Shown: positions 34,287 through 44,741, counted from the first letter of the stretch. The stretch is 48,687 nt of DNA from Candidatus Dormiibacterota bacterium (GCA_036521675.1 DATDHG010000047.1:1-48687), one strand, 5' to 3'. Numbers and translations: made by a program. Notes: generated by a model from the sequence alone, not told the origin.

Positions 34287-36062
34287 TCAGCGCGGAGGCT
34301 GCTGGAGCAGTGCGATCCCCAGGTCGGTCAGCTGGCCGGGCTCGACCTCGGCGGGGGCGTCGGTCATGACCTCCTGGGCTTGCTGGTTCTTGGGAAAGGC
34401 GATCACCTCGCGGATGTTCTCCTCACCCAGTCCCTCCATGACCAGGCGCTCGATGCCGGCAGCGAAGCCCCCATGCGGCGGCACGCCGTACTCGAAGGCC
34501 TCCAGCAAGAACCCGAAGCGCCGCCGCGCCGCCGCCCCGTCGATCCCCAGCGCCGCGAACACGCGCCGCTGCAGGGCCGCGTCGGTGATGCGGATGCTGC
34601 CGCTGCCGATCTCGCGACCGTTGAGCACGATGTCGTAGGCCCGGCTGCGCACCCGCAGCGGCTCACCCTCGAGGAGGTGGAGGTCCTCGGCTCGCGGCAT
34701 CGTGAAGGGATGGTGCGCAGGGGAGATGGTCCCCGTCTCCTCGTCGTGGTCGAACATCGGGAACTCGGTCACCCAGATCATGGCCAGCTCATCGGGGTCG
34801 GGGAGCCGCAGCCGGCGGCCGAGGTGGACGCGCAGGGCCGCCAGCGCCGCGTTGACCACCGCGTCGCGGTCGGCCACCATGAGGACGCAGTCGCCCGGCT
34901 CAGCACCGGTGACCGCCCCGATGCGCGCCAGCTCACCAGCGCTGAAGAATTTGGCGATGGGCGCCTCCCACCCGGCCGGCCGCAGCCACAGGTGGGCGAG
35001 CCCCTTGGCGCGTAGCCCGCGCACCACGTCGGTGAGCTCGCCCTCGATGTCGGCGCGGGTCAGGCTGACCCCTCCCTCCACGCGGATGCCCTTGACCACC
35101 CCGCCCCGCGCCACCGCGTCGGCGAAGATCTTGAAGGAGCACCCGCGCGCCACCTCGGTGAGATCCTGCAGCTCCAGGCCGAAACGCACGTCGGGCTTGT
35201 CGGTGCCGTAGCGCCGTACGGCGTCGGCGTGGGACAGGCGGGGGAAGGGCGTCTTGATGGCGCCGCGGAACTCCGCATGGGTCCAGGCGTGGCTGATGGC
35301 CTGCTCGAGGGCGGCGTGGACGTCTTCCTCGTCGACGAACGACATCTCCACGTCCAGCTGGCTGAACTCCGGCTGGCGGTCGGCGCGGAGGTCCTCGTCG
35401 CGCATGCAGCGGGCGATCTGGTAGTAGCGGTCGAGCCCGCCCACCATGCAGATCTGCTTGTAGATCTGCGGCGACTGCGGCAGCGCATAGAACCGCCCGG
35501 GGAAGATGCGGCTCGGGACCAGGTAGTCGCGCGCTCCCTCCGGGGTGGCCCGGATCATCATGGGGGTCTCGATCTCGACGAAGCCCTGCCCGTCCATCGC
35601 GACGCGCAACCCGGTGATGAAGGCGGCGCGGGCGCGCAGGTTGCGCTGCAGTCGCGGCCGGCGCAGGTCGAGGTAGCGGTACTGGAGGCGCAGGCGCTCC
35701 TCGACAGTGGTCTCCTCGTTGACCGCGAAGGGCGGGGTCCGGGCTTCGCTGAGCACCTCCAGCACCTCGGCGCGAAGCTCCACGTCGCCGGTGGGAAGGG
35801 TGGGATTGCCAGCCCCGGCAGCGCGGTCCCGCAGGGTTCCCTTGACCCGGACGACCCACTCGTTGCGGACATGCTTGGCCGCTTCATGGGGCCCGGGCGC
35901 CTCCTCCTGGTTGAGCACGACCTGGAGGATGCCGGTGGTGTCGCGGACGTCGAGGAAGGTGAGGCTGCCGTGGTCTCGGCGCCGGTCCACCCAGCCGAAG
36001 ATCGTGGCCATACGGCCGGCGTCGCCGCGTCGCGGCGCGCCGCAGCGGGTGCGCTCGGTCAT
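34287..36062 (-). CDS. aspS: aspartate--tRNA ligase
   Basis: ORF 34287..36062. It has the OB domain FLDVRDTTGILQVV and the class II motifs CMRDEDLRADRQPEFSQLDVEMSF, GSGSIRI and PPHGGFAAGIERLVM. The ATG overlaps the hisS stop (ATGA). Confidence 0.95.
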   Translation of the reverse strand: MTERTRCGAPRRGDAGRMATIFGWVDRRRDHGSLTFLDVRDTTGILQVVLNQEEAPGPHEAAKHVRNEWVVRVKGTLRDRAAGAGNPTLPTGDVELRAEVLEVLSEARTPPFAVNEETTVEERLRLQYRYLDLRRPRLQRNLRARAAFITGLRVAMDGQGFVEIETPMMIRATPEGARDYLVPSRIFPGRFYALPQSPQIYKQICMVGGLDRYYQIARCMRDEDLRADRQPEFSQLDVEMSFVDEEDVHAALEQAISHAWTHAEFRGAIKTPFPRLSHADAVRRYGTDKPDVRFGLELQDLTEVARGCSFKIFADAVARGGVVKGIRVEGGVSLTRADIEGELTDVVRGLRAKGLAHLWLRPAGWEAPIAKFFSAGELARIGAVTGAEPGDCVLMVADRDAVVNAALAALRVHLGRRLRLPDPDELAMIWVTEFPMFDHDEETGTISPAHHPFTMPRAEDLHLLEGEPLRVRSRAYDIVLNGREIGSGSIRITDAALQRRVFAALGIDGAAARRRFGFLLEAFEYGVPPHGGFAAGIERLVMEGLGEENIREVIAFPKNQQAQEVMTDAPAEVEPGQLTDLGIALLQQPPR

Positions 36063-37342
36063 CGCGGCGCCGGCGCGGTCGACCCGACCACCGCCCTGAC
36101 GGCAGTCTCGAGGTCGGTGAGGGCGACGGTGGCCTGGGTCTCGGCGCGCAGATCCCGGACCGCTGCGCTCCCGCCGGCGACCTCCACCTCACCGATCAGG
36201 ACAGCGGCGATCGCGCCGAGGCCCGCCGCGGCGCGCACCTTGGCGCCCGAACGGCGCTCGGAGGCGTCGAGCACGGTGCGCAGACCGGCCCCCCGCAGGC
36301 GCCGGGCCACGGCCGCGGCCGGGATGACCTGGTCGGGCCCCAGCGCGAGCACGGCCACGTCGACAGAGTCGCTGTCAGAGGGCGCCTGCCCCAGCTCCCC
36401 GGCGACGCTGAGCAGCCGCTCGACCCCGAACGAGTAGCCGACCCCCGGCGTCGCCGGCAAACCGAGTACACCAGCGAGGCCGTCGTAGCGGCCGCCGCCG
36501 CCGAGCGCGTTCTGCGCGCCTTGCAGCGACGGATGCCATACCTCGAAGGCGGTGTGCACGTAGTAGTCGAGCCCGCGCACCAGGCGGTGGTTGCGGATGT
36601 GCTCTATGCCGGCGGCGTCCAGATCGGCGAGGACTGTCGCGAAGGCGCCGGCCGACTCGGGTGACAGCCACCCGTCGATCCGCGGCGCGGCCTCGGCCAG
36701 GGCCGAGTCGGCCTTGCAGTCGAGCAGGCGCAGCGGGTTCTGCTGCAGGCGGCGGCGGCAGTCGGCGCAGAGCTGGTCGCGCACCGGGGTGTAGTACGCC
36801 ACCAGCGCTTCCCGGTAACGCGCCCGGTCGGCGGCGTCGCCCAGGGTGTTGACCTGGACGGTGACGCCGCCGATGCCCAGCGCGGCGAGAAACCCCACCC
36901 CCACCTCGATGACCTCCGCGTCCAGGTGCGCGGAGCGGTCACCCAGGCACTCAATGCCAACCTGCTCGAACTGCCGATAGCGGCCGCGCTGGGGCTTGTC
37001 GTAGCGGAACATCGGACCCGAGTAGCGCACCCGTAGCGGCCTGGCCTGCTGCGCGAGCCCTGCGGAAAGCGTGGCCCGAACCACTCCGGCAGTGCCCTCG
37101 GGGCGCAGCGTGATGGAGCGGTTGCCCCGGTCGATGAAGGTGAACATCTCCTTGTCCACGATGTCCGTCCCGGCCCCGACGGCGCGCTCGAACAGCTCGG
37201 TGTGCTCGATGATCGGCGTCTGCACCAGCTGGTAGCCGAAGCTTGCGGCGATGCGGTCATGGGCCTGGTGCAGCCACTCCCAGGCCCGCGCCTGCGCCGG
37301 CAGGACGTCATGGGTGCCGCGCACCGCGCCGATCGGGGGCAT
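36059..37342 (-). CDS. hisS: histidine--tRNA ligase
   Basis: ORF 36059..37342. Motifs are RPEGTAGVVR, MFRYDKPQRGRYRQFEQVGIE and GGGRYDGL. A C-terminal anticodon-binding domain is present. Confidence 0.95.
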   Translation of the reverse strand: MPPIGAVRGTHDVLPAQARAWEWLHQAHDRIAASFGYQLVQTPIIEHTELFERAVGAGTDIVDKEMFTFIDRGNRSITLRPEGTAGVVRATLSAGLAQQARPLRVRYSGPMFRYDKPQRGRYRQFEQVGIECLGDRSAHLDAEVIEVGVGFLAALGIGGVTVQVNTLGDAADRARYREALVAYYTPVRDQLCADCRRRLQQNPLRLLDCKADSALAEAAPRIDGWLSPESAGAFATVLADLDAAGIEHIRNHRLVRGLDYYVHTAFEVWHPSLQGAQNALGGGGRYDGLAGVLGLPATPGVGYSFGVERLLSVAGELGQAPSDSDSVDVAVLALGPDQVIPAAAVARRLRGAGLRTVLDASERRSGAKVRAAAGLGAIAAVLIGEVEVAGGSAAVRDLRAETQATVALTDLETAVRAVVGSTAPAPR

Positions 37343-37370
37343 GGGCCCCGAGTGTACGGGGCGCGCCGCG

Positions 37371-39542
37371 CTAGCCTGCCTCTCGGGCGACGGTGTGCAC
37401 GTCGCGGATGGATTCGAGCCGTTCGAGGAGACGGCTGAGCTGGGTGAGGCTCTGGATCTCCACGATCGTGGAGATGACCGCTGTCTTGTCGTCGTAGACC
37501 TGCACGTCGGCCCCGCTGAGGTTGATCTTCGACTCCGCGATGACCGCGGCGATGTCGCGCAGGAGGCCGGTGCGGTCCCAGGCCTCGATCTTGATGCCCA
37601 CGGGGTAGAGCTGGCGCGAACCCCGCTCCCACTCCACCTCGACGAGGCGGTCGGGGTCGGCGGCGTGCTCGATGTTGGTGCAGGTGGCGCGGTGCACGGT
37701 CACGCCCTTGCCACGCGTGATGTAGCCGCGGATGGGCTCGCCGGCCACCGGTTTGCAGCAGCGCGCGATGGTGGTGAGGACGTCACCGACGTCGCGCACC
37801 CTGACCTCGCCGGTGGGCGTGGCGGCCCCGGTGAGCGGGATGGTGAGCGGCGGCCCGATCCCGTCGTGGCCGTCGGGCTGGCCCTGCTCCAGGCTGGTGT
37901 ACTTGAGCACCACCGCCCGCGCACTGGTGTCGCCATAGCCCACCGCTGCGATGAAGTCTTCGACGGTCTGGTAGTTGAACTCCCTGGCCAGCTCCACCAT
38001 CCGCTCCTCGCGGATGGTGCCCAGCGCCAGCTGGCGCATGCGCCGGAACTCCTTGTCGAGGAGCTCGCGGCCCTTCTGGATGTTCTCCTCGCGCCGCTCC
38101 TTCTTGAACCAGCCGCGGATCTTCTCCCTGGCCGAGCTGGTCTTGACGAAGTTGAGCCAGTCGCGCGAGGGCCCGTGCGGGCCCTTGGTTGTGAGGATCT
38201 CGACGATCTCACCATTGCCGAGCACGCGGTCGAGCGGCACCATCCGCCCGTTGACCTTGGCCCCGATGCAGCGGTGGCCCACCTCGGTGTGCACCCGGTA
38301 GGCGAAGTCCACGGGGGTGCTGCCCGCCGGCAGGCTGCGCACATCCCCTTTGGGAGTGAAGACGAAGACCTCGTCCTGGAAGATGTCGACCTTGACGGTG
38401 TCCACGAAGGCCTCGGCGTCGAGCAGCTCCTTCTGCCAGTCCATGAGCAGGCGCAGCCAGGAGAAACGCTCGTCGACCTTCGCATCGGGGCGGTCGCTCT
38501 CCTTGTAGCGCCAGTGGGCAGCGACCCCGAACTCAGCGGTCTGGTGCATGTCGACGGTGCGGATCTGCACCTCGATGGGCTCCCCGGTGTGGGAGATCAC
38601 GCTGGTGTGGAGGGACTGATAGCCGTTGCCCTTGGGCATGGCGATGTAGTCCTTGAAACGCCCCGGTATGGGGCGCCACAGCGAGTGGACCACGCCCAGG
38701 ACACCGTAGCAGTCCTTGATGGACTCGACGAGAACGCGCATGGCGAAGAGGTCGTAGATCTCGTCGATCTCCTTGCCGCTGCGGTGCATCTTGTCCCAGA
38801 TCGAGTAGAGGTGCTTGGGGCGCCCCGAGATCTCCGCGTGCATGCCCAGCTCCTCGATCTCGCGGTCGAGGATCTCGCCCATGTCACGCACGAAGCTCTC
38901 GCGCTCCTCGCGCTGCTTGGCGACCTTGTGCTGAATGGTGAGGAAGTTGTCGGGGTCGAGCTGGGCGAAGGCGAGGTCCTGGAGCTCGCCCTTCATCTGC
39001 CAGATGCCCAAGCGGTGGGCCAGCGGAGCGTAGATGTCGAGCGTCTCGCGGCTGACCCGCAGCCGGCGCTCGAGGGGCAGCACCTGCACGGTCCTCATGT
39101 TGTGCAGGCGGTCGCCGAGCTTGATGAGCACCACGCGGATGTCCTCGGCCATGGCCACCAGCATCTTGCGGATGTTCTCCGCCTGCGCCTGCTCGCTGGT
39201 CTGCATGTGGATCTTGCCGAGCTTGGTGACTCCCTGGACCAGCTTGGCCACAGTTGGCCCGAACTGCTCGGCGATGTCCTCGATGCGGACGTCGGTATCC
39301 TCGACGGTGTCGTGGAGGAGCGCGGCCGAGAGGGTGTCGGCGTCCAGGCGCAGGTCGGCGAGGATCCCGGCCACGGCCAGCGGATGCTCGATGTAGGGCT
39401 CGCCGCTGAGGCGCGACTGGCCCTCGTGGGCGCGCTCCGCCACCTTGTGGGCGCGCGCCAGCACCTCCCGGTCGGCGTCCGGGAGGTAGGCGACCTTGTC
39501 GAGGAGCACGCTCACCGGCATCGTGAGAGCGAGTGTACCCAC
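37371..39542 (-). CDS. rel: bifunctional (p)ppGpp synthetase/hydrolase (RelA/SpoT homolog)
   Basis: ORF 37371..39542. It has the HD domain HPLAVAGILADL...HDTVEDT, the synthetase motif GYQSLHTS, the TGS motif VFTPKGDVRSLPAGSTPVDFAY and a C-terminal ACT domain. An alternative start at ATG 39521 (MPVSVLLDK) is possible. The stop codon is TAG. Confidence 0.93.
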   Translation of the reverse strand: MGTLALTMPVSVLLDKVAYLPDADREVLARAHKVAERAHEGQSRLSGEPYIEHPLAVAGILADLRLDADTLSAALLHDTVEDTDVRIEDIAEQFGPTVAKLVQGVTKLGKIHMQTSEQAQAENIRKMLVAMAEDIRVVLIKLGDRLHNMRTVQVLPLERRLRVSRETLDIYAPLAHRLGIWQMKGELQDLAFAQLDPDNFLTIQHKVAKQREERESFVRDMGEILDREIEELGMHAEISGRPKHLYSIWDKMHRSGKEIDEIYDLFAMRVLVESIKDCYGVLGVVHSLWRPIPGRFKDYIAMPKGNGYQSLHTSVISHTGEPIEVQIRTVDMHQTAEFGVAAHWRYKESDRPDAKVDERFSWLRLLMDWQKELLDAEAFVDTVKVDIFQDEVFVFTPKGDVRSLPAGSTPVDFAYRVHTEVGHRCIGAKVNGRMVPLDRVLGNGEIVEILTTKGPHGPSRDWLNFVKTSSAREKIRGWFKKERREENIQKGRELLDKEFRRMRQLALGTIREERMVELAREFNYQTVEDFIAAVGYGDTSARAVVLKYTSLEQGQPDGHDGIGPPLTIPLTGAATPTGEVRVRDVGDVLTTIARCCKPVAGEPIRGYITRGKGVTVHRATCTNIEHAADPDRLVEVEWERGSRQLYPVGIKIEAWDRTGLLRDIAAVIAESKINLSGADVQVYDDKTAVISTIVEIQSLTQLSRLLERLESIRDVHTVAREAG

Positions 39543-39584
39543 GTTCCCGCCGGCGGCCCTAGGGCTCCCTACCGGCGCAGGCGC

Positions 39585-41036
39585 TCAGTACGCGCGGGCG
39601 ATCAGCGCGATGTGCTCCGCGGGCTGCCCGCAGGCGAGGCAGGGGGCGCCCTCGGCGCGGCGGTCGGCGCGCAGGCAGCGCACGGTCACCGCGTGGACCG
39701 CCGCCTTGACGCGGTCCTCGCACTCAGGGCGGTTGCAGAAGGGCGCGTTGGCGAACACCGGCTCGGTGGCGAACGCCTGGCGGAGGCCGTCGAGGTCGCT
39801 CACCTCGCGCGAGCGTTCCGCCAGCAGGGCCTCAGAGCGCGCGCGGATCGTGGCCTGGGCCTCGTCCAGGAGCCCTGGCAGCCGTGCCTCGAGCCCGTCC
39901 AGCGGCAGCACCTGCTGGGCGCCGTCGACGCGCCGCACCACGGTCACGTTGCCGTCGGCCAGGTCCTTGGCGCCCAGCACCACGCGCAGCGGCACGCCGC
40001 GCAGCTCCCAGTGGGCGTACTTCTCCCCGGGGCGGATGCCGTCGCGGCGGTCGACACGCAGCCTTACTGTGTCCGCCGTCGCGCGCTCGATGTGCTCCAC
40101 CGCGGCATCCACCGCGGCGCCGCCCTCGGGATCATTGCTCCTGGTGATCGGGACGACGATGACCTGAACTGGAGCCACCCGGGGCGGCAGCACCAGGCCG
40201 CGGTCGTCGCCGTGGGCCATGATGACCGCGCCGATGATCCGCGTCGACAACCCCCACGACGTCTGGTGGGGGTGCTGCAGGGTGTTGTCCCGGCCCGTCA
40301 CCGCGATGTCGTAGGCGCGCGTGAAGTTCTGGCCGAGGTGGTGCGAGGTCCCCGACTGCAGGGCCAGCCCGTCCGACATGATGGCTTCGATGCTGACCGT
40401 ATACTCCGCGCCGGCGAACCTCTCCGACTCCGTCTTGCGGCCCGCGACGACCGCCATCGCCAGCCAGTCCTCGGCCAGCGCCCGGTAGCAGCCGAGCATG
40501 CGCTCGACCTCCTCGGCGGCCTCGGCGTGGGTCTCGTGGAAGGTGTGGCCCTCCTGCCACCAGAACTCCATGGTGCGCAGGAACAGGCGCGTGCGCTTCT
40601 CCCAGCGAACGACGTTGCACCACTGATTGATGAGCACCGGGAGGTCGCGCCAGGACTGCAGCCAGTCGCGGTAGAGCGTGCAGATGATCGTCTCGCTGGT
40701 CGGCCGCACCGCCAGGCGCTCCTCCAGCTCCTTGCTGCCGCCGTGGGTGACCCAGGCGACCTCGGGGGCGAAACCCTCGACGTGCTCGGCCTCTTTGGCG
40801 AGGAGCGACTCCGGGATAAACAGCGGGAACTGCATGTTCTCGTGCCCGGTGGCCTTGATCATGCCGTCGAGCGCGTCGCGGGTCCGCTCCCAGAGCGCCC
40901 ACCCATAGGGCCGCACCACCATGCAACCGCCCACCGGCGTGTAGTCGGCAAGCTCAGCGCGCAGCACGGTTTCCACGTACCAGCGATCGAAGTCCTCGCT
41001 CTTGGGCGTGATCGCCTTCTCGTCGCGCTTGCTCAC
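39585..41036 (-). CDS. proS: proline--tRNA ligase, archaeal/eukaryote-like type (no INS domain; C-terminal zinc-binding domain)
   Basis: This is the C-terminal 484 codons of ORF 39585..41192. Motifs are DFDRWYVETVLRAELADY, VRPYGWALWE, RTMEFWWQEGHTFH and the Cys-containing C-domain (FCNRPECE...CLACGQP). The protein ends in ...ARAY. The start is GTG 41036; the upstream part of the ORF overlaps ispG. Confidence 0.9.
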   Translation of the reverse strand: MSKRDEKAITPKSEDFDRWYVETVLRAELADYTPVGGCMVVRPYGWALWERTRDALDGMIKATGHENMQFPLFIPESLLAKEAEHVEGFAPEVAWVTHGGSKELEERLAVRPTSETIICTLYRDWLQSWRDLPVLINQWCNVVRWEKRTRLFLRTMEFWWQEGHTFHETHAEAAEEVERMLGCYRALAEDWLAMAVVAGRKTESERFAGAEYTVSIEAIMSDGLALQSGTSHHLGQNFTRAYDIAVTGRDNTLQHPHQTSWGLSTRIIGAVIMAHGDDRGLVLPPRVAPVQVIVVPITRSNDPEGGAAVDAAVEHIERATADTVRLRVDRRDGIRPGEKYAHWELRGVPLRVVLGAKDLADGNVTVVRRVDGAQQVLPLDGLEARLPGLLDEAQATIRARSEALLAERSREVSDLDGLRQAFATEPVFANAPFCNRPECEDRVKAAVHAVTVRCLRADRRAEGAPCLACGQPAEHIALIARAY

Positions 41037-41106
41037 CGCGGCCCGAGTATATGGAGGCCGGCGGGCGCCGCCGCCCCGCCCGCTCCTGGGCTGCTGAGGC
41101 CGGGCT

Positions 41107-42294
41107 CTACGCCGGGTCGGCCAGCACCGGCAGCGGCTGCAGCGGGGTGGGCGTCTCCCCCAGCCCAACGGGCAGCTCGCGCCCTTCGGCAAGGAGCCGC
41201 GCGTCCTCGGCGGCCACCGCCTCCAGCTCCTCGACGAGGGCGTCGATGAGCTGCGCCTCGGGCAGCGTCGCGACCACCCGGCCGTTGCGGAAGAGTGCTC
41301 CCTTCTGACGGCCGCCGGCGATGCCGATGTCGGCGTGCATGCCCTCCCCGGGCCCGTTGACCACGCAGCCCATGACCGACACGGTGAGCGGCCGGCGCAC
41401 CCGGTGGAGCGCCTCCTCGACCCGCGCGACCATGGGATTCATGTCGATCTCCAGCCGCCCGCAGGTCGGGCAGGCGATGAGGTTGGGCCCGCTGACCTGC
41501 GCCTGCAGGTTCTGGAGGATCTGGCGCCCCACGCGCACCTCCTCCTCGGGCTCGCCCACCAGGGACACGCGGATGGTGTCGCCGATGCCCTCGGCCAGCA
41601 GGACGCCGATGCCCATCGCCGACTTCACCGAGCCGCTGAGCACGGGCCCGGCCTCGGTCAGACCGAGGTGGAGCGGATAGCCCTTGGCCTCCTTGGCGAA
41701 CAGCCGGTTGGCAGCCAGGTTGGTGGGCACGTCGCTCGCCTTGAGCGAGACCTTGACCATGCCTAGCCCGAAGCCCACCTCCTCCAGCAGCCCGATGTGA
41801 TGGAGGGCCGCGTCGACCATCCGCCGGGCCGTCTCGTCGAGGCTGGCGCCCCGGCCCTGGGCGAGCTCCTTGCGCCCGGGGATGCTCCCCGAGTTGACGC
41901 CGATGCGGATCGGCACCGCGCGCCGCCTGGCCTCACTGGCGATGTCGCGCACCTTGGCGGGGTCGCCGATGTTGCCCGGATTGAGGCGCAGGCACTGCAC
42001 CCCGGCGTCCAGGGCGGCCAGGGCCAGGGGGGCGTCGTAGTGGATGTCGGCGACGATCGGCACAGGTGATTCGGCCACGATCGTCCGCAACGCCACGGCG
42101 GCTTCCTTGGTGTCACAGGTGACCCGAACCAGGTCGGCACCGGCCTCGGCGGCGCGCCGTATCTGGGCGATGGTCGCAGCGGCGTCCTCCGTCTGCGTCT
42201 TGGTCATCGTCTGGACGCTGATCGGCGAGGCGCCTCCTATGACTACGCCGCCGACGTTGACGGGCACCGTGCGGCGTCGCGGCGGGATGGCCAT
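41107..42294 (-). CDS. ispG: 4-hydroxy-3-methylbut-2-en-1-yl diphosphate synthase
   Basis: ORF 41107..42294. It has a TIM-barrel N-domain (RVTCDT, RLNPGNIG) and the Fe-S Cys contexts ACPTCGR and MGCVVNGPGE. The stop codon is TAG. Confidence 0.95.
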   Translation of the reverse strand: MAIPPRRRTVPVNVGGVVIGGASPISVQTMTKTQTEDAAATIAQIRRAAEAGADLVRVTCDTKEAAVALRTIVAESPVPIVADIHYDAPLALAALDAGVQCLRLNPGNIGDPAKVRDIASEARRRAVPIRIGVNSGSIPGRKELAQGRGASLDETARRMVDAALHHIGLLEEVGFGLGMVKVSLKASDVPTNLAANRLFAKEAKGYPLHLGLTEAGPVLSGSVKSAMGIGVLLAEGIGDTIRVSLVGEPEEEVRVGRQILQNLQAQVSGPNLIACPTCGRLEIDMNPMVARVEEALHRVRRPLTVSVMGCVVNGPGEGMHADIGIAGGRQKGALFRNGRVVATLPEAQLIDALVEELEAVAAEDARLLAEGRELPVGLGETPTPLQPLPVLADPA

Positions 42295-42296
42295 GC

Positions 42297-43574
42297 TCAG
42301 AGTCCCTTGATGTCGTTGATGGTGATGACGATCGCCAGGGTCCCGATCAGGGCGGCCCCGGCGGCGATGAGCGCCATCTCCAGGCGCGCGCCGCTGCCGC
42401 GGCGCATCACCGCCTGGCGAAGCACCAGGACCACCCGCCCGCCGTCGAAGGGAGGGATGGGCAGGATGTTGATGATCCCCAGGCTCAGGCTGATCAGCGC
42501 CACCAGGTCGAGGTAGGCGAGCCAGCCCTGCTGGGCGGCGCTGCTGGCGTCGTGAGCGATGCCGACCGGTCCCTGGAGGCGGGAGACCCCGCCGCTGTTG
42601 GGGGTGGTGAAGACATCCCAGATGGCGCGGACGTTGCCGGCGATCACTCCCGGCAGCGACGTGAAGCCGTGCAGCAGCGCCTGGGGCGCCGGCTCACCGG
42701 CCAGGCCGGGCGCGTAGCCCACATACCAGGCCGCCTGCATGCCTCCGAGCGTCCCCCGTCCGGTGCTCACCCCCGAAACGGTGGCCGCGACCTGCTTGGA
42801 TGCGTCCTTGGGGGACGCCCCCCTCGCGAAGCCCGAGATGCGCACCGCCGACCCGGCTCCGAGCAGGGCGGCCGGGTCGCCCGGCGTGACCCTGCGCCCG
42901 TTGACGGAGAGAACGACGACCTGGTCGACCTGGCTGCCGTCGGCGGCGGTGATCGGCTGGCTGGCGTCCTCGGCGATGAGCACCAGGGACGGGGCCACCT
43001 GCGTGGTGACCGTCGCCGCGCCGGCGGCCCGCCGGTACGTCACCGCGAGCCGGGCTCCCTGACCCTGGTCGGTGGCGTTGTGGAGGGCAGTGGCGACCGT
43101 GTCGGGGTTGGAGGTGTCGACGGGCTGGCCGCCGACGGCCACGATCTGGTCGCCGTCGCGCAGTCCCGCCGCGTAGGCCTGGCCGTCGCTCGGCACCGCC
43201 GAGGGGATGGCGGGGATGCGCAGGACGCCGAAGAGCAGCCCGGCGAGCAGGAAGTTCATGGTCACCCCCGCGACCAGCACGATGACCTGGCGCCCCACGG
43301 GGGCATGCTGGAAGCCGCGCGGGCCGCCGTCGTCCGCCTCCAGGGACGACATCCCGGGCATCTTCACGAACCCACCGAGGGGCAGCGCGCGCACGCTGTA
43401 GACCGTCTCCCCGCGCTGCCGCGACCACAGCCTCGGCCCGAAGCCGATCGCGAACTCGTCGACCCGGATCCCGCTCCACTTGGCGGTGGCGAAGTGGCCG
43501 AGCTCGTGGATGCCCACGACGATCACGATCATGGTCAGGAAGGCGAGCGCGCCGACGACGAAGGTTGTGGGCAT
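42297..43574 (-). CDS. rseP: RIP metalloprotease RseP (M50 site-2 protease)
   Basis: ORF 42297..43574. It has HELGHFATAKW (HExxH), a PDZ region (GLRDGDQIVAVGG) and NILPIPPFDGG. Confidence 0.9.
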   Translation of the reverse strand: MPTTFVVGALAFLTMIVIVVGIHELGHFATAKWSGIRVDEFAIGFGPRLWSRQRGETVYSVRALPLGGFVKMPGMSSLEADDGGPRGFQHAPVGRQVIVLVAGVTMNFLLAGLLFGVLRIPAIPSAVPSDGQAYAAGLRDGDQIVAVGGQPVDTSNPDTVATALHNATDQGQGARLAVTYRRAAGAATVTTQVAPSLVLIAEDASQPITAADGSQVDQVVVLSVNGRRVTPGDPAALLGAGSAVRISGFARGASPKDASKQVAATVSGVSTGRGTLGGMQAAWYVGYAPGLAGEPAPQALLHGFTSLPGVIAGNVRAIWDVFTTPNSGGVSRLQGPVGIAHDASSAAQQGWLAYLDLVALISLSLGIINILPIPPFDGGRVVLVLRQAVMRRGSGARLEMALIAAGAALIGTLAIVITINDIKGL

Positions 43575-43577
43575 GGA

Positions 43578-44741
43578 CTACGCCTTCACCGCGGTGCCGG
43601 CTGCGGCGGCGACCATTCGCCGCGCGGCGGCGTCCAGCTCCATGAGGTCGGCGATGCCGGGCGCCGCCGGCCGCTCCACCCGCTCGAGCGCGAGCTCCAC
43701 CAGCGCCACGATGTCCAGATAGCGGCAGCGGCCCGTCAGGAACGCGGCGACGGCCGCCTCGTTGGCCGCGTTGAGGACGCAGGGGGCGCCTCCCCCCAGC
43801 TCACCGGCGTGGCGCGCGAGTGCGACCGCGGGAAAGCGGCCGGTGTCCACCTCGAAGAACTCCAGGGCCCCGGTGTCCTGGAGCCGGGCCGGCGGACAGA
43901 TGCCCGGGAGCCGCTGCCCGCCGCTCAGCGCGAGCGCGATCGGCACGCGCATGTCGGGCGTGCCCAGCTGAGCCACTGTGGCGCCGTCGACGAACTCCAC
44001 CATGGAGTGAACGATGCTCGCGGGGTGGATCAGCACGGCGATCCGCGCGTAGGGCACATCGAAGAGGAAGTGAGCCTCGATGATCTCCAGCCCCTTGTTC
44101 ATCATCGTGGCCGAGTCGATGGTCACTTTGGGGCCCATGACCCAGGTGGGGTGGCGCAGCGCCTCCTCCACGGTGACCGAGGCCAGGCCGGCCGGCGGCC
44201 GGTCGCGGAACGGCCCGCCGCTGGCAGTGAGGACCAGTCGCTGGACTGCCTCGACGCGCTCGCCGCGCAGGCACTGCCAGAGCGCGCTGTGCTCGCTGTC
44301 GACGGGGAGCAGCGTGGCCCCCCCGGCCTCCGCCCGGGCCCGCACCAGCTCGCCCGCCATGACCAGGACCTCCTTGGTGGCGATGGCGACGTCGCGACCG
44401 GCGTCCAGAGCCGCCAGCGTGGGGAGCAGGGCGGCGGCGCCGGTGATGCCCACGCAGACGACCTCGGCGTCGGTGGCGGCCACCTCGCACGCGGCCGCGA
44501 CGCCCACGCCGCACCAGGCGGGCAGGTCGGTCCCGGGGAGCGGATCCACGATGGCGGCCTGGGTCAGGCGGTGCCGCGCCGCGATCTCGACCAACGCCTC
44601 GGGATCGTGGCCCACGACGGCCCCGACCAGCTCGAAGCGGTCCGGGAAGCGCTCGATGACCTCGAGGGCCTGGCGGCCGATCGAGCCGCTGGCGCCGAGG
44701 AGGACGACGCGCCGGCGAGCCGGAGCGGGCGTTGCGACCAC
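43578..44741 (-). CDS. dxr: 1-deoxy-D-xylulose-5-phosphate reductoisomerase
   Basis: ORF 43578..44741 (GTG start, TAG stop). Motifs are LLGASGSIGRQAL, PVDSEHSALWQC and MNKGLEIIEA. Confidence 0.95.
   Translation of the reverse strand: MVATPAPARRRVVLLGASGSIGRQALEVIERFPDRFELVGAVVGHDPEALVEIAARHRLTQAAIVDPLPGTDLPAWCGVGVAAACEVAATDAEVVCVGITGAAALLPTLAALDAGRDVAIATKEVLVMAGELVRARAEAGGATLLPVDSEHSALWQCLRGERVEAVQRLVLTASGGPFRDRPPAGLASVTVEEALRHPTWVMGPKVTIDSATMMNKGLEIIEAHFLFDVPYARIAVLIHPASIVHSMVEFVDGATVAQLGTPDMRVPIALALSGGQRLPGICPPARLQDTGALEFFEVDTGRFPAVALARHAGELGGGAPCVLNAANEAAVAAFLTGRCRYLDIVALVELALERVERPAAPGIADLMELDAAARRMVAAAAGTAVKA

Noticed and set aside
33952-34638. Plus-strand ORFs (33952..34638, 34034..34369, 34137..35015) and the minus-strand ORF 33511..34233 covering the 273-nt gap.
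   Set aside because: Their translations are Arg/Pro/Gly-rich and run into or out of the aspS and small-protein genes in the wrong frame or strand. They have no start context and no motifs.
37251-41249. A very long plus-strand ORF (1332 aa). Similar plus-strand ORFs include 39..1259, 2636..4495, 4529..6196, 13353..15125, 29663..31909, 42552..44954 and others.
   Set aside because: Their translations are Arg/Pro/Gly/Ala/His-rich low complexity with no motifs. Each lies antisense to a minus-strand ORF with clear family signatures (rel/proS, metG, recN, alaS, rseP/dxr and so on). Long antisense open frames are expected when stop codons are rare in very GC-rich DNA.
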